This document shows positions 37,166-50,300 of a DNA stretch of 64,000 nt, piece by piece. Origin of the DNA: Squalus acanthias (Eukaryota); the NCBI GenBank assembly GCA_030390025.1, contig CM059449.1, positions 32,736,001-32,800,000 on the forward strand, written 5' to 3'. Made by a program: the position numbers and the translations under genes. The notes under the pieces were generated by a model. It searched no databases. It had not been told where the DNA came from and saw only the letters and a program-made list of their open reading frames with translations. Numbering within the stretch: position 1 is the stretch's first letter; the number at the start of each line of letters is the position of its first letter.

Positions 37166-38023
37166 ATGAGGTTACAGATTGAGGTGGAATACAATTCTGG
37201 TGCTGCAGATGGCCCACAGCGCCTCATGCATGCCCAGTTTTGAGCTGCTAGAACTGTTCTGAATCTATCCTATTTAACACGTTGGCAGTGCCACACAACA
37301 CGATGGAGGGTGTCCTCAGTGTGAAGAGGGGACTTCGACTCCACAATGATTGTGCGGTGGTCACCACTACCAATACTGTCATGAACAGATGCATCTGTGA
37401 CAGGTAGATTGGTGAGGACGAGGTCAAGTGGGTTTTTCCCTCGTGTTGGTTCTCTCACCACCTGTCACAGGCCCAGCCTGGCAGTTATGGCCTTCAGGAC
37501 TCGGCCAGCTCGGTCAGTAGTGGTGACACTGAGTCACTCTTGGTGATGGACATTGAATTCCTTCACCCAAAGTACATTCTGTGTAACTGCTAGCCTCAGT
37601 GCTTCTTCCAAGTGATTTTCAACATGGAGGAGTACTGATACATCAGGTGAGGGAGGGCGGGAGCTAATAATCAGCAGGAGCTTTCCTTGGCCATGATCGA
37701 CCTGAAGCCATCCGACTTTGTAACAGTGAATCTCTTGAATTCAACAAAGTGGGAAGTTGACGGACTTCAGAGTTTTAGAGGCATTGTTTTATTGTCTTTA
37801 TATACTTGTCCCTTCAAATAAAAGATTCTTTAATATTCCCCAGTCATCATCGAGTGTCAAGTCATGTGCATTAACATTCCAACCAGGCTGTCCTCTTCAC
37901 CACACAACTGCTTACTTTTCTGCTTAATTAATTTTCAAACACGGTCTCGGACAAAGACAAAGAAAACCCCATCAAGATTATATGATGTATAATTTTACAC
38001 AGACTGATGATCTGCACAGTTAA

Positions 38024-38768
38024 GGGCCCAAAAATTCGGCCGTTCCCGGGTGAGTACACAGTCCGTACTCACCCGTATTCATTCCCGAAGTGCCGGTTTC
38101 CGGCATGCATTGCGCATGCGCGGGAAACCGGAACTTCCGGTATGGTGAAGTGGGCGGTTCCTAGGTGAACCGCGTGAGCACTAGATGCTGCGCGCACGCA
38201 GCACACTTAGATTTTTTTTCAGGTTTCAACGGGAGGGTAAGTATTGAAGATTCTACGCTAATAAAAAGGAGGCGTAAGACCCCTTTTGAACAAGGTAAGT
38301 AGTTAATTAAGTATAATTTTAATTTTTTTTCAACAGGTTTATCTTTTTTAGATACTTTAAAGAAAGGTAAGTTTATTTTTATAACTTTTAAAAAGTATTT
38401 TAATTTTTTCAAAAATTTTAATTTTTGTTTAAAGTGGTTATTTTATAAATGTGATGGTTTTTAAAAAAATTATTTTAAGTTTAGCTGTTCTTTTGGGGCC
38501 GATTTCAATTCACAGATTTGACAGGTCTCCTGTCAAATCTATGAATGAAAGATGGTCTGCTGCCATTGGCTCTCCATGGCCCACGTGATCCCAGGGGTCG
38601 CATCGCACTAACTGCACCCCTGGAACACGCAAGCACTGCACGCCGGCTCTTGGGAGAGGCCCAGGACCCGAAGTTCCTGTGGGCCCAAAACACAACGGCA
38701 GGCGCAGTGGGAAAGAGCGCGCACGATCCTTACCCCCGCGGCAAGCTGGCCACGTGAATTTCTAGGCC
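38024..38768 (+). mobile_element. ~745-bp GGGCC-ended MITE (copy C) inserted at a TAA target
   Basis: taa|gggcccaaaaattc ... gaatttctaggcc|aa. A paralogous empty site cagttaacggcatcact is at ~46230-46246. Confidence 0.85.
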
Positions 38769-39004
38769 AATGTCATCACTACTATGGGAATAATCGAATT
38801 GTCTTAAAGAAATTTCATGATCATGTACGAACGTATGACGAAAATTTTTTCTTCAATCCTTCCTCTATCAACGGGCAAAATCATTGCAAAATATCCCTGC
38901 TCAGTAGCAGTGAATATGACACGCCTCAATCTGTTTGTTCAAATGAATGTAACTAACGCTAATCATGATGTAATGCTCATGTGTCACTTGAGGTTTCTCT
39001 CAGG

Positions 39005-39012
39005 TATAAATA
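39005..39012 (+). promoter_or_regulatory. Putative TATA box of the + strand GPCR gene
   Basis: TATAAATA lies ~70 bp upstream of the exon 1 ATG and is degenerate in the dead paralogous copy near 50850. Confidence 0.45.
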
Positions 39013-40689
39013 AGAACTTATTTTGAAAGCAGAAGTTCTGCGAGTCCACAACACTAACAGACAACGTCGCTTCTCTCCGAATATGGGACAGCCGGTGATC
39101 ATACAGATAGAGAACATTTATTATCCTATTCTTGCAATAGTTGGTCTTCCTGGTAAGCCGCTTATCATCAGTTAATGCTCATTTTTAACAGTGCTTCACT
39201 GTGTCACTGTTCCTGCTGTCGGTGTAATGATATTATTTGTTTGCTTTGATGTGTTTTATTTGCAGACAATAATTACTGGCATCAAAAAAATCACTCAAAA
39301 TGGCTTCAAGTTTCTGTCATATTGTTAATGTACCAACCGGAGTGGAAGCTCTTTACTCTAACTATTTAAATTTATCAATTTAGTGAAGAACCCTTGGCCT
39401 TGACAGACAGTCTTGCAGTTCTGTATCTGGTACAAGTATTAGTATCGGATCGAGTAGCCATACCAGCAATTCTTAAAAGGATTCACGGGGGCTGCTCAAG
39501 AAAAGGCAAAGGAGTTTTTAAATATATATTTGTGAATCCAGGAGAAATATAAGAGATCCTCCCGCACACACAAAAACACTCTGGCGCAATATTGGCGTAT
39601 TGTCGCCTCACCGGGATTGATTCCCGCCTGTTGCCAGATCAGCGCCGGCGCTGATTGATTCCCCGCGCTTCCCAACCGGGAGCAGCTCCGGGCGCCCTTC
39701 TGGCGCATTCAGCTGGCCAGCAGCGTGTGAACAATGCTGAAAGCCGAGACTCAGGCACTGAAATTGGTCTTCCTCAGCAGCGTGAGACGGAGTCGGAGCG
39801 AATGGGTCGCTCATTTTACACCCAGTCTGATGTCCGTTTACATTGAGGTCAACGGAACGGGAAATCGGGCGCATTGTAAAGCAGACTGCCTGTGAGCTAT
39901 GAGCTCATTTCAGGCGACTGGCGAAGACCAATTTTACCCCTGAATCTGGCATGTCTTACGTGGAGAACACATTTTGGGTGCAACTATAATATAACTATAG
40001 ACTATAGTGTAGATTATGGTCTTTACCACCTGGACATTTTGAATCACTTTGGTGGAGCACAGAGCGGTGCAGATGAAGTCAATGGAAATGTAATTTGTGC
40101 AAAATGGTCCGCCAATTCGCTATCGCCAGTTTTATACCACCATCGAAGACCAATTTACGTCCATGGTCACTAATTTTCTGACTAGGGACTGGAGCAACGA
40201 ATTTTACACTGCAACTTACTATGGAAATCCGTGGGTGTATGTGTTGGTGCCAGGCGAGGTCATTGATCGCGGCAACTACTCAGTAATTGCCTCTATAGTG
40301 AAACCCGAAGCGCTTGATTCATTCTGAAACTGTGCGATATATTATGTTGCTTTAAGCTAGAGTCAGTTCGTGTTCTGAGGCCGCAAAGCAAAATGAGACA
40401 AGTGCTACTAAAGCACGTCCAGCTACGGCTGCGCTGTTGTAATTCTAAATCTAAGTGCTGATTTCCCCGGTAACCATGGGATAGATTTGAATCTATACAT
40501 CCGGGGTGTTGTGCATCACCTGGGTCAAGTACAAAAAGCCAAATCCTCCGCAGAGGAGAGTCTTCCATTAAAAAAACAGCGGATTGTCCTCCATCATTGT
40601 TAATGGCAGTAATTCGGGCGGGTTTGTTAACACCTGCGGTCATAGCTGACAGATTTTCCTTTCTCCATCCAGGGGTAGAGTGGCGCTAT

Positions 40690-41433
40690 TGGCCCAGAAA
40701 TTAAACACGGAGCGTTCCTGCGGGGGTAAGGCTTCCCCGCGTATCTCACTGCGCGCCTACCTTTTCCCTCCGGGCCCACACGAACTTTAGTTTCAAGGCT
40801 GCAGCTGTGCAGTGCTTGCGTGACCCACAGACGCAGTTAGTTCGTGCGAGCTCTGGGATCACGTGATTCAGTTAGAGCCAATGGCAGCACACCATCTTTC
40901 ATTCAAAGTTTTGACAGGAGAACTGTCAAAGCTATGAATACAACTTACCCCCAAAAGAACAGCTAAACCTCAATTAAATTAAAAAAAAACCCATCACATT
41001 AATAAAATAACTATAGTTAAATAAATTAACCACGTTCAACAAAAATTTAATTTTTTGAAAAAGTTTAAAATCTTTTTAAAAGTTATAAAAATAAACTTAC
41101 CTTTCTTTAAAGTCTCTATAAAAGATAAACCTGTTGAAATTTTTTTAAAATAATACTTAATTAACTACTTACCTTGTTAAAAGAGGGTGTTCCGCCTCCT
41201 TTCTTCATGTGTAAAATCTTCCATGCTTACCTGCGCGTTCAAAGCACTAAGTGCACTACGTGCGCGCAGCCTGTAGCGCGCACGCGGTTCACATAGGAAC
41301 CGCCCCCTTTTGAGTTCACGAAGTGCCGGTTTCCCTCGCATGCGCAGTGCATGCTGGAAACCGGCAATTGCAGACCTAAAACGCGAGAGTACACAGTGCG
41401 TACTCTCGCGTATTAGGTCTAATTTTCGGGCCA
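40690..41433 (-). mobile_element. GGGCC-ended MITE (copy D), inverted relative to copy C
   Basis: tggcccagaaatt ... aattttcgggcca ends. Shares the gagtacacagt.cgtactc and gaagtgccggtttcc hairpins with copy C. Confidence 0.8.
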
Positions 41434-42127
41434 TGCCCAGGCGATAAACATTGCAATCCATCCCAAATAGATTGATTGCAAAAGAAACCCCGCTGTTCTT
41501 CTTCCGATATCCGACCACAGCTTCGATAAAAGATCTTTGCAATCCGGAGAAACGGTGTAAAGAGTTGCATTTACCACAGGAGATCGGCAAACCCCTCCCT
41601 AGTCATTGTATTCATTAGAGTTGCTGCGGACACAACACCCCTGATGCAGGGATGATTTCCACCTTAAACAATGGGATGGAAGTCAGGCGGGGTTTACAAT
41701 GGGCAGGTCGTCCGTTCTTCACATTATCATCCATGTGGTAAAGGTGAAAATTACCGTCTTTGCAGGTCCTACTGTCCCTTTCAATAAACCAAGAGATAAA
41801 TAGTTCAAATTAATAATAGACTTTAATTCACCTGTTGGGAGTTTTTTTTAAAACGTTTATTAATTACGAAAACTAGAGGAAAGAGTAATCCCGTGTCAAA
41901 CATCAAGCACAAAGGGACGATAGATAAACTGGGAGATGGTAATTATATAGGATATACAGTCACAGGGATTTCCAGTGCTATGTTTGTACAAGCTGCATTG
42001 CCCAAAGCTTTCGTTTCCACGCTTGACTGAGATTTGGATCTGAGACAAGAGCTATTGCTGTTTACATTATTCAGCTCAGCTTGGACTCCAAAGAACCGTT
42101 TCATGTCGTCAAATGGGGGACAATAAT

Positions 42128-42262
42128 TACGTTGTCGAAAGGTCTTCAACCTGAAACGTTAACTCTGTTTCTCTCTCCACAGAAGCTGTCTGAGCTGCTG
42201 AGTATTTCTAGCATTTTCTGCTTTTATTTCAGATTTCCGCCATCCACAGTGTTTTGCTTTTG
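42128..42262 (+). mobile_element. Solo Penelope-type pLTR fragment of a different family, with decayed hammerhead
   Basis: gaaaggtcttcaacctgaaacgttaactctgtttctctctccacaga...gctgagtatttctagcattttctg. Stem II, GAAA and the ACGU palindrome are retained, but the CUGA box has decayed. Confidence 0.6.
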
Positions 42263-44884
42263 ACAATAGTTACACATGGATTCAAATACACAGCTTGAAA
42301 AACATCTAAGATAATTGTTGAGAAATTATTTAAGGAGGGCTACACATGTAGCCGCAGCTATCTGCGGTTAAAAATTATTGGGCTGGATGGCGTGGGCTGC
42401 CTGTTATCCACCCCTCCCGATATTCAGCTCCATTGGTGTAAGAAACTGGATATCGAGCGGGCAGATAATGGGCGGCCCGCGAATTACCCCCCAAGACAAT
42501 CCTGGTCCTGTTTGCAAAGCACAGTCATTCTTTCCAGAGCCCCGCTTTATATTAATAAATATTGCACGTTATTAATAAACTAAATTTTAAATGAGCTTTA
42601 AATGTTTGCACCTGAGGCAAACCAGCCTCCACATTTCTAATAATAACTGTTATATAAGAAAATTCCCTCTGCCCAGGCTCAGACCCCACGTGCCGCTCAG
42701 CATTTAACCGGTAACTTTGATGTAAGCGATTTGGCTGATACATAGTTGGACTCAATCCATAGTAAAATGTTTGTCATTATATTGTGCATATGAAACAATG
42801 TTTCACTCAGAAATCTTCCTTTGCTGGTCATTTGATGTATTAAAGCACGGGCAGGACACCAGGTAGGAATTTTCATCTGCTTCCAGAAGACTAAGCGATA
42901 GAATATTGCAATCAGGATCGTGATAAATACTCTGAAACCGACATTGCATGATTATTGAGGATATTGAAATGAGGAGATACTGGGGTAAAGTTTTCAACCC
43001 GACATTTGGCTTAAAACTGGCGATGGGGATTCCGCCGCCGGCTATTATCTGTTAGTGGATCCGCAACGCCTGTTTACACCAGGAAAGTCAGATGGAAATG
43101 CTACCCCACGATGTATATGGATGGACAGGGATAAGTAAATCAGCCGCCCTTTTGAATTGTTTGCAATTAGCCGGACATTCCTTTCTGTTGAAGTGAATGA
43201 CAGATTCAATTGCAGCCGCCAGTCGGAAAAGCCCATTTTTGTCGGGTGGAAAGTTGAAAATACAACTATGTCATTCACTGCAGCATTGTTTTTTCTTTTG
43301 AAGTAACTCATAATAAGTTAGAGACGTATATCCATAAAGAACTGTATCTTTTCAGAATTAATAGGATCATCCGCTCGATTGGGATAAATCAAGAGAGACA
43401 GAGATTTGAGTGAGAAGAAATATTCTATGAATTTCATACAAAGAAATCTTACTGATCATGGTCTCAGAATAATTAGAGTTAGTAATTTAATTTCCTCTTT
43501 TTTGCAGCTAATTTGGTGACAATCATCATTCTCTCCCGTGGAATGTGCGGTCTCTCCAAATGCATCACCTGTTACCTGGTGGCCATGGCAGCGACTGGTC
43601 TAATGGCCCTGATATTTAATGTAATTCTGCATCAGATTAACGATGCTTATTTCCCATATTCTTTCCTGAACTATACTCCGATTTGTAGTTTCAATATCGC
43701 CCTTCCTTTTGTTTCCATTGATTGCTCTGTCTGGCTAACTGTGGCTTTCACCTTTGATCGATTTGTCGCTATTTATTACCAAACGTTGCGAGCAAAATAT
43801 TGCACCGAAAAAACTGCAGCTGTGCTGATAGCAATGGTGTCTTCCTTAAGCATCTTAGAAAATGTGCCAATCTACTTTATATTTGAACCTCGGGAAATAA
43901 TTGACAATGTACCATGGTCCTGCTATGTAAAATCAAGCTTCTACACCTTACCCATATGGGCAGCATTTTTGTGGATGGAAACAATTTTAACCCCGTTTGC
44001 ACCATTTGTGTTGATCGTGCCGCTCAATGCCCTGACCATCAGGCACATTGTACTGGCCAATAGAGTGAGGAGCGGTCTCCGAGGAAACAACATTGTTCAG
44101 AGTCACACTGATCCAGAGATGGAGAACCGAAGGAAATCCATAATTTTGCTGCTCGCTATATCTGGCAATTTTATACTATTTTGGATGGTAAATTTCATAA
44201 TTTTCATATGTGTGCAATTTACAGATACCCAATTTATAGAAGCAAATTAGAACGACTCTTTCACCATTGCGGAACTATCCGGATACATGCTGAGGTGTTT
44301 GAGTGCTTGCACAAACACGTTTATTTATGCAGTGTCCCAGAGCAAATTCAGAGAGGAACTAAATAATGTAATTCCGCCACCCCTGGCTCTCATTACTAAT
44401 TTATTCAAACAAGTTAAATGGCTTTACAGAAATGAAAGGCAATTATATCTATCGTAAGCGAGCAGAAGTTGTTCAATTGACATCTACAAACAAGAATCTC
44501 CAAAGGACATTGAATCTGCCATCTGTCCCCCATATTAGATGTCATATTGTAGGAGATCAAAGATGCTTGGTTATATTATTAACTTTTGCCGCTAGTGTAA
44601 GACAGGCGATATCGGATCTGAACAAACAAATAAGAATTTTTCAGATCCAAAATAAAATCAATTAGACAAACATATCTGTTGCTTTAACTGATCTAAACTC
44701 AAACACCGGTTTCATTACCATATCTCTCAAACTCTACTCCCGACAGTAACACATTTAGTTATCTGTTGAAACAGCTATCTATTCCCAAAGGATTAATTTT
44801 GTAAATGAGCCCCCAGGCATATGATTCATTTAGTGTAAACGTCCTGCCTAACCTACCATTTTTTCCCAACTTGAGAATTGACAT

Positions 44885-45850
44885 ATTTTGCTCACAATTG
44901 ATATTAACAATTTAGACTTTGGAATAAAAAACACAATTTCTAAATTTGTGGAGGTCACCAAATTTTGGGGACAGGTTAGTCAATACTGAGTAGAACTGCA
45001 ACTAATTACAAGAAGACATTAATCAACTTGCAGAATTAGCATACAATTGGCAAATTAAATTGAACATAGTTAAGTATGAGGTATCACATTTTGGTTCAGA
45101 AGAATTAGCCACATATTACTTGGAAAATAAGAATCTAAATGGTGTACTGGGGCAAAGGGATAAGCGACTACAAAACCCCAAATCTCTAAGAGTTGCGACA
45201 CAGGTCAATAAGTCCATTAGAAAAGCAAACCAAGCATTAGTGTTTATTTCTAGGAGGATAGAATTGAAAAACTAGAGAATGTATGATAACTTGTATCGAA
45301 CCTTGATTAGCCCACCCTTTGAATGCTGCGTACAGTTTTGGTCAACTTATTATAACAAAATTATATCGAGACACTGGAGAAGGCGCAAATAAAATTACAA
45401 AGATGATACCAGAACTGCGAGGTTATACATGTCAGGAAAGGATGAACAGGTTCTTAAAAGCTGTCACATAATAGAGGTCTTTGAAATAACGAAACGTTTT
45501 GAAAGAGTAGACAGAGAGAGAGAGTTTCCACTTGTGGAGAAGAGCAAAACTAAAGGTCGTCATCAAAAGATAGTCATCAAGAAATCGAATACGGAATTCA
45601 GAAGAAACTTCCATACCCAGAGAGTGGTGAGAATAAGGAGCTCGCTATCACAGCGAATAGTTGAGGCGAATACATTGGATGCATTTCAGTGAAAGCTGGA
45701 TAAGTATATGAGGGAGAAGGGTACAGAGGGTTAGCCTGATAGACTGAGATGAAGAAAGATGAGAGGGGGCGTGAGTGGAGCAAAAACGCCGGCATGCACT
45801 GGTCGGACCGAATAGCATTTTTCCTTGCTGTGTTTTTTATGTAATTCTAC
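44885..45850 (+). mobile_element. Decayed CR1-type 3' fragment
   Basis: Remnants LIEVFEI, REFPLVEKSKT and NFHTQRVVRI, plus a 3' tail. Confidence 0.85.
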
Positions 45851-47340
45851 GTAAACCCAGTGTTCAGATCTCCAGTCAGCATTAAAGACAAGGCAAAACT
45901 TAGTCGTGCTGTCACAGTGGAAATTAATCCAATTACAGAAATCACTTTGAAGTCAACAAAACGGGAGGTCAACTGATCCCTAGCTAGTGAGGAAATGTTA
46001 AATGTACTGGTTCCTTCCACTAAAAGTGATTATAATTAAACCACAATTAGAGAGATTAAAACCGCCAACTACATCGGTTCTCAGTCCATATGCATTCGCT
46101 TTACAACTGTGCCGTTCTCTTCAGTAAACATCATTTTTCCCTTAATTTATTTCCAAACCAAGGCACAAAGAAAGCAAACAAACCCCATCAGATTCGCTGA
46201 TTCTTTTCGCTCAGACTGACAGATCTGCACAGTTAACGGCATCACTGGCGTCTCATCAATGGAATTCTCATAATGATGCAGTTTGCTTAATCTATGTATA
46301 AACCATATTCCTATTTCAAATCGTGCAACTTCAAACACACAAAAATCTCATTTTATTAAAGAATCGCAGAAAACAAATCCTATCAACATGCACACTTTAT
46401 GACGGGGCGCTAATGTCAATTCGGAGAGGGAAGCGGAGAAGATTTCCCAAAATAATGGAATGGAGCCGCGACCATTTGTAATGGCTGAAATCGCCGCCCT
46501 GACTCGGACCAGCTGCCTCAGTTCCAACTGGGGATGCAACGTTCGGGAACAAGTTTGGAAAGGTCTTTTGGAAAGTTTATGAAAATAGCATTCAAGTAGC
46601 ATAAAGTGGACAATCTAACTTTCATATTCAATACTGGCAGCTCTTCCCGCCTCCCGCACAACACCGCTTTCCATTCCCAGCATCTGCTGCTGTGAGAATC
46701 GTAATCCCTTTGGGAAACAATCTGAATGTACAACATCAGTTCAATATAAATCACACCAAAATTCATCATTGACCAAATGGTAAAATATTCAAAAAGGTGA
46801 CGGGCATTAGGGGAATGTTCCATTTTTCTAAAATAACTCGGCTTCAGGCAGGACTACTTGCCTTTGACCCCAGTGGTGTTACCGGGTCCCGCTCCACATT
46901 CCGGGTACACAGTCGGCGTGAAGTCTCCATTCAGCACTCCAGCTCCTTAGAATTTGACGGCCATAAACTCCCATAGCCCTTCCAAACGGCTACTGCGATG
47001 GTGATCCACATTTATCTTTCTCACACCCGGTATATATCAGACCAGACCTAGTCACCTTCCCCTCCTCCCAACGCCTGTTGATGCTGAAATCGAACATCTC
47101 AGCATATCCGCGGGGCTGCTCAGCTGTATACAACTGACTATATCACTTTCTGTGTGTATCTGTGAACTCTCTTCGATCTAACGGGCACGACGGAGCCTCC
47201 TTATATTGATTATCAATTAACAAAGAAAATTTATGACGCACTTATAATGTAGGTGGTGCTTATCTACTTTTTCCAATGTGAAATATCCTGCACCTGACCA
47301 GTAGTAGCAAATACGGCTCGTCTTAATCTGTTTATTTAAA

Positions 47341-50300
47341 TGACTCCAGGATGGTATGTTGCCTCTCTGGTGCCAGTGTCAAGAATGTCACTGAACGTCT
47401 GCAAGGCATTCTGAATGGGGAGGGCGAACAGTCAGAGGTCGTGAATCACATTGGTACCAACGACATGGGTAGAAAGAGGGATGAGGTCCTGCAACAAGAA
47501 TTTAGGGAGCTAGGTAGCAGATTAAAAAGCAGGACCTCAAAGTTTGTAATCTCTGGATTACTTCCGGTGCCACGTGCTAGTGAGTATAGGAATAGGAGGA
47601 TAGAGCAGATGAATGCGTGGCTAAAGAGTTGGTGCAGGAGGGAGGGCTTTAGTTTCCTGGATCGCTGGGTCTGCTTCTGGGGAAGGTGGGACTTGTACAA
47701 GTCGGACGGGTTGCACCTGAATCGGAACGGGACCATCATCGTTGCGGGGAGGTTTGCTGGTACTGTTGTGGTGGGGGGGGGGGGGATTAAACTGACTTTG
47801 TAGGGGGATGGGATACGGAGTGGAATAATAGTAGGGGGTGATGCACAGCCAAATATAGAGGAAAAAACAAGTCAGCCTGGAAGGCAGTGCAAATATGTAA
47901 TGCCACAAGGGAATATGGCAAGGCTGGATGGCATTTATTTTAATGCAAGGAGTCTTGCGAGTAAGGCAGATGAGTTCAAGGTGTTGATAAACACATGGGA
48001 GTATGATATTGTTGCTATCACAGAAACATGGTTGAGAGAGGGGCAGGACTGTCAGCTCAATGTTCTGGGGTATAGAATCTTCAGGCGAGACAGAGGGTGG
48101 TGTAAATGAGGTGGGGGTGTCGCAGTATTAATCAAGGAGCTAATTACTGGTGTAAGGAGGGATGATATCGTAGCAGGTTCCTCTAATGAGGCCATATGGG
48201 TAGAACTTAAAAACAAAAAGAGGGCAAACACTTTGCTGGGTGTGTACTATAGGCCCCCAAACAGTCAGGGGGAGATAGAGGAACAGATATGTAGGCAAAT
48301 CTCAGAGAAGTATAGAAATAATAGGATAATAATAGTAGGGCATTTCAACTTCCCCAATATTAACTGGGATAGTCAGAGTGTGAAAGGCTTAGAGGGTGCA
48401 GAATTATTAAAGTGCATCCAGGAGAGCTTTTTGAGCAAGCATGTAGAAAGCTCTACAAGACAGGGGGCAGTACATGACCTAATTCTAGGGAATGTAGCCG
48501 GGCAAGTGGTAGAAGTGTCAGCAGGAGAGCATATGGTGAGAGTGACCATAGTTCGGTGAGATTTAAGGTAGTAATGGAAAAGGACAAAGATGGACCGGAA
48601 ATAAAGGTTCTAAATTGGGGGTAGGCCGATTTTAATATGATAAGGCAGGATCTGGCCAAAGTGGACTGGGATCAGCTACTTGTAAGAAAATCCACATCAG
48701 ATCAGTGGGAGTTTTTCAGAAAGGAAATAGAGAGAGTACAACGCCAACATGTTCCCGTAAAGGTCAAGGGTGGGACCATCAAGCCCAGGGAACCCTGGAT
48801 GTCAAGGGATATATAAGAATGGATTATGAAAAAAAGGGAGGCTTTTGGCAGATAAAAAGGACTACAAACAGTGGAAGCCCTAGAGGAGTATAGAAAGTGC
48901 AGGGGGGGTACTTAAAAAATAAATTAGGAGAGCGAAGAGGGTGCATGAAAATACACTGGTTGGCAAAATAAAGGAAAATCCCAAGGTGTTTTATAAGTAT
49001 ATTAAGTGCAAGAGGATAACCAGGGAAAGAGTAGGGCTCATTAGGGAAAAAAGTGGCAATCTGTATGTAGACCTGGAAGATGTGGATGAGGTTTTAAATG
49101 AATATTTTGCATCTGTGTTCACTATGGAGAAGGACGATGTCGGCATAGAAATCAGGCAGGGGGATTGTGATATACTTAAACAAATTAGCATTGAGAGGGA
49201 GGAGGTACCAGCGGTTTTAGCGAGCTTAATAGTGGATAAACCCCCAGACCCAGACGAGATGTATCCCAGGCTGCTGTGTGAGGCAAGGGAGGAGATTGCA
49301 GGGGCTCGGACACAAATTTTCAGAACCTCTCTGGCCACAATGGAGGTGCCAGAGGATTGGAGGACGGCTAACGTAGTGCCATTATTCAAGAAGGGTAGTA
49401 GGGATAAACCAGGGAATTACAGGCCAGTGAGCCTAACATCAGTGGTAGGGAAATTATTGGAAACATTTCTGAGGGACAGAATTAGTCTCCACTTGGAGAG
49501 GCAAGGATTAATCAAGGATAGTCAGCATGGCTTTGTCAGGGAGAGATCATGTCTAAACAATTTGATTGCATTTTTCGAGGGGCTGACTAGGTGTGTGGAT
49601 GAGGGTAGTGCAGTTGATTTAGTCTACATGGACTTCAGTAAGGCTTTTAACAAAGTCCCGCATGGGAGACTGGTCAAGAAAGTAAGAGCACATGGGATTC
49701 AGGGCAATTTGGCAATTGGATCCAAAATTGGTTTAGTGGCAGGAGGCAGAGGGTGATGTTCGAAGGTTGTTTTTGTGACTGGAAGCCTGTTTCCAGTGGT
49801 GTTACCGCAGGGATCGGTGCTGGGTCCTTTGCTGTTTGTAGTGTACATTAATGATTTAGATATAAATGTAGGAGGTATGATCAGTAAGCTCGCTGATGAC
49901 ACGAAAATTGGTGGAGTGGTAAATAGCGAGGAGGGAAGCCTCACGCTACAGGACGATATAGATGGATTGGTCAGATGGGTAGAACAGTGGCAAATGGAAT
50001 TTAACCCTGAAAAGTGTGATGTGATGCATTTTGGGAGGACTAAGATAGCAAGGGAATACAGAATGAATGGTAGGACCCTAGGAAGGACAGAGGATCAGAG
50101 GGACCTTGGTGTGCATGTACATAGATCCCTGAAGGCAGCCGGACAGGTAGATAAGTTGGTTAAAAAGGCATATGGGATACTTGCCTTCATTAGGCGAGGC
50201 ATAGAATATAATTGCAAGGAGGTTATGATGGAGTTGTACAAAACGCTAGTTAGGCCACAGCTGAAATACTGTGTGCAGTTCTGGACGCCACACTATAGGA

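Larger units (their letters stand above)
35400..37720 (-). mobile_element. Second LINE family fragment (endonuclease to RT start), interrupted by the Penelope-like insertion
   Basis: Minus ORFs VREPTRGKNPLDLVLTN...GDHRT (APE), KAMGPDNI, NYRPFGLLSIISKVME and QFGFR. Confidence 0.85.
39083..44457 (+). pseudogene. Two-exon GPR139/GPR142-like GPCR with a premature stop before TM7 (exon 1 39083-39152; exon 2 from 43508)
   Basis: Exon 1 MGQPVIIQIENIYYPILAIVGLP ends G|GTAAG and joins in frame to tttgcag|CT AAT TTG. The DRF motif is present. A TAG at 44248-44250 falls where the paralog has Tyr, and TM7 (CTNTFIYAVSQSKFREEL) continues in frame behind it. TM2 Asp is changed to Gly. Confidence 0.88.
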
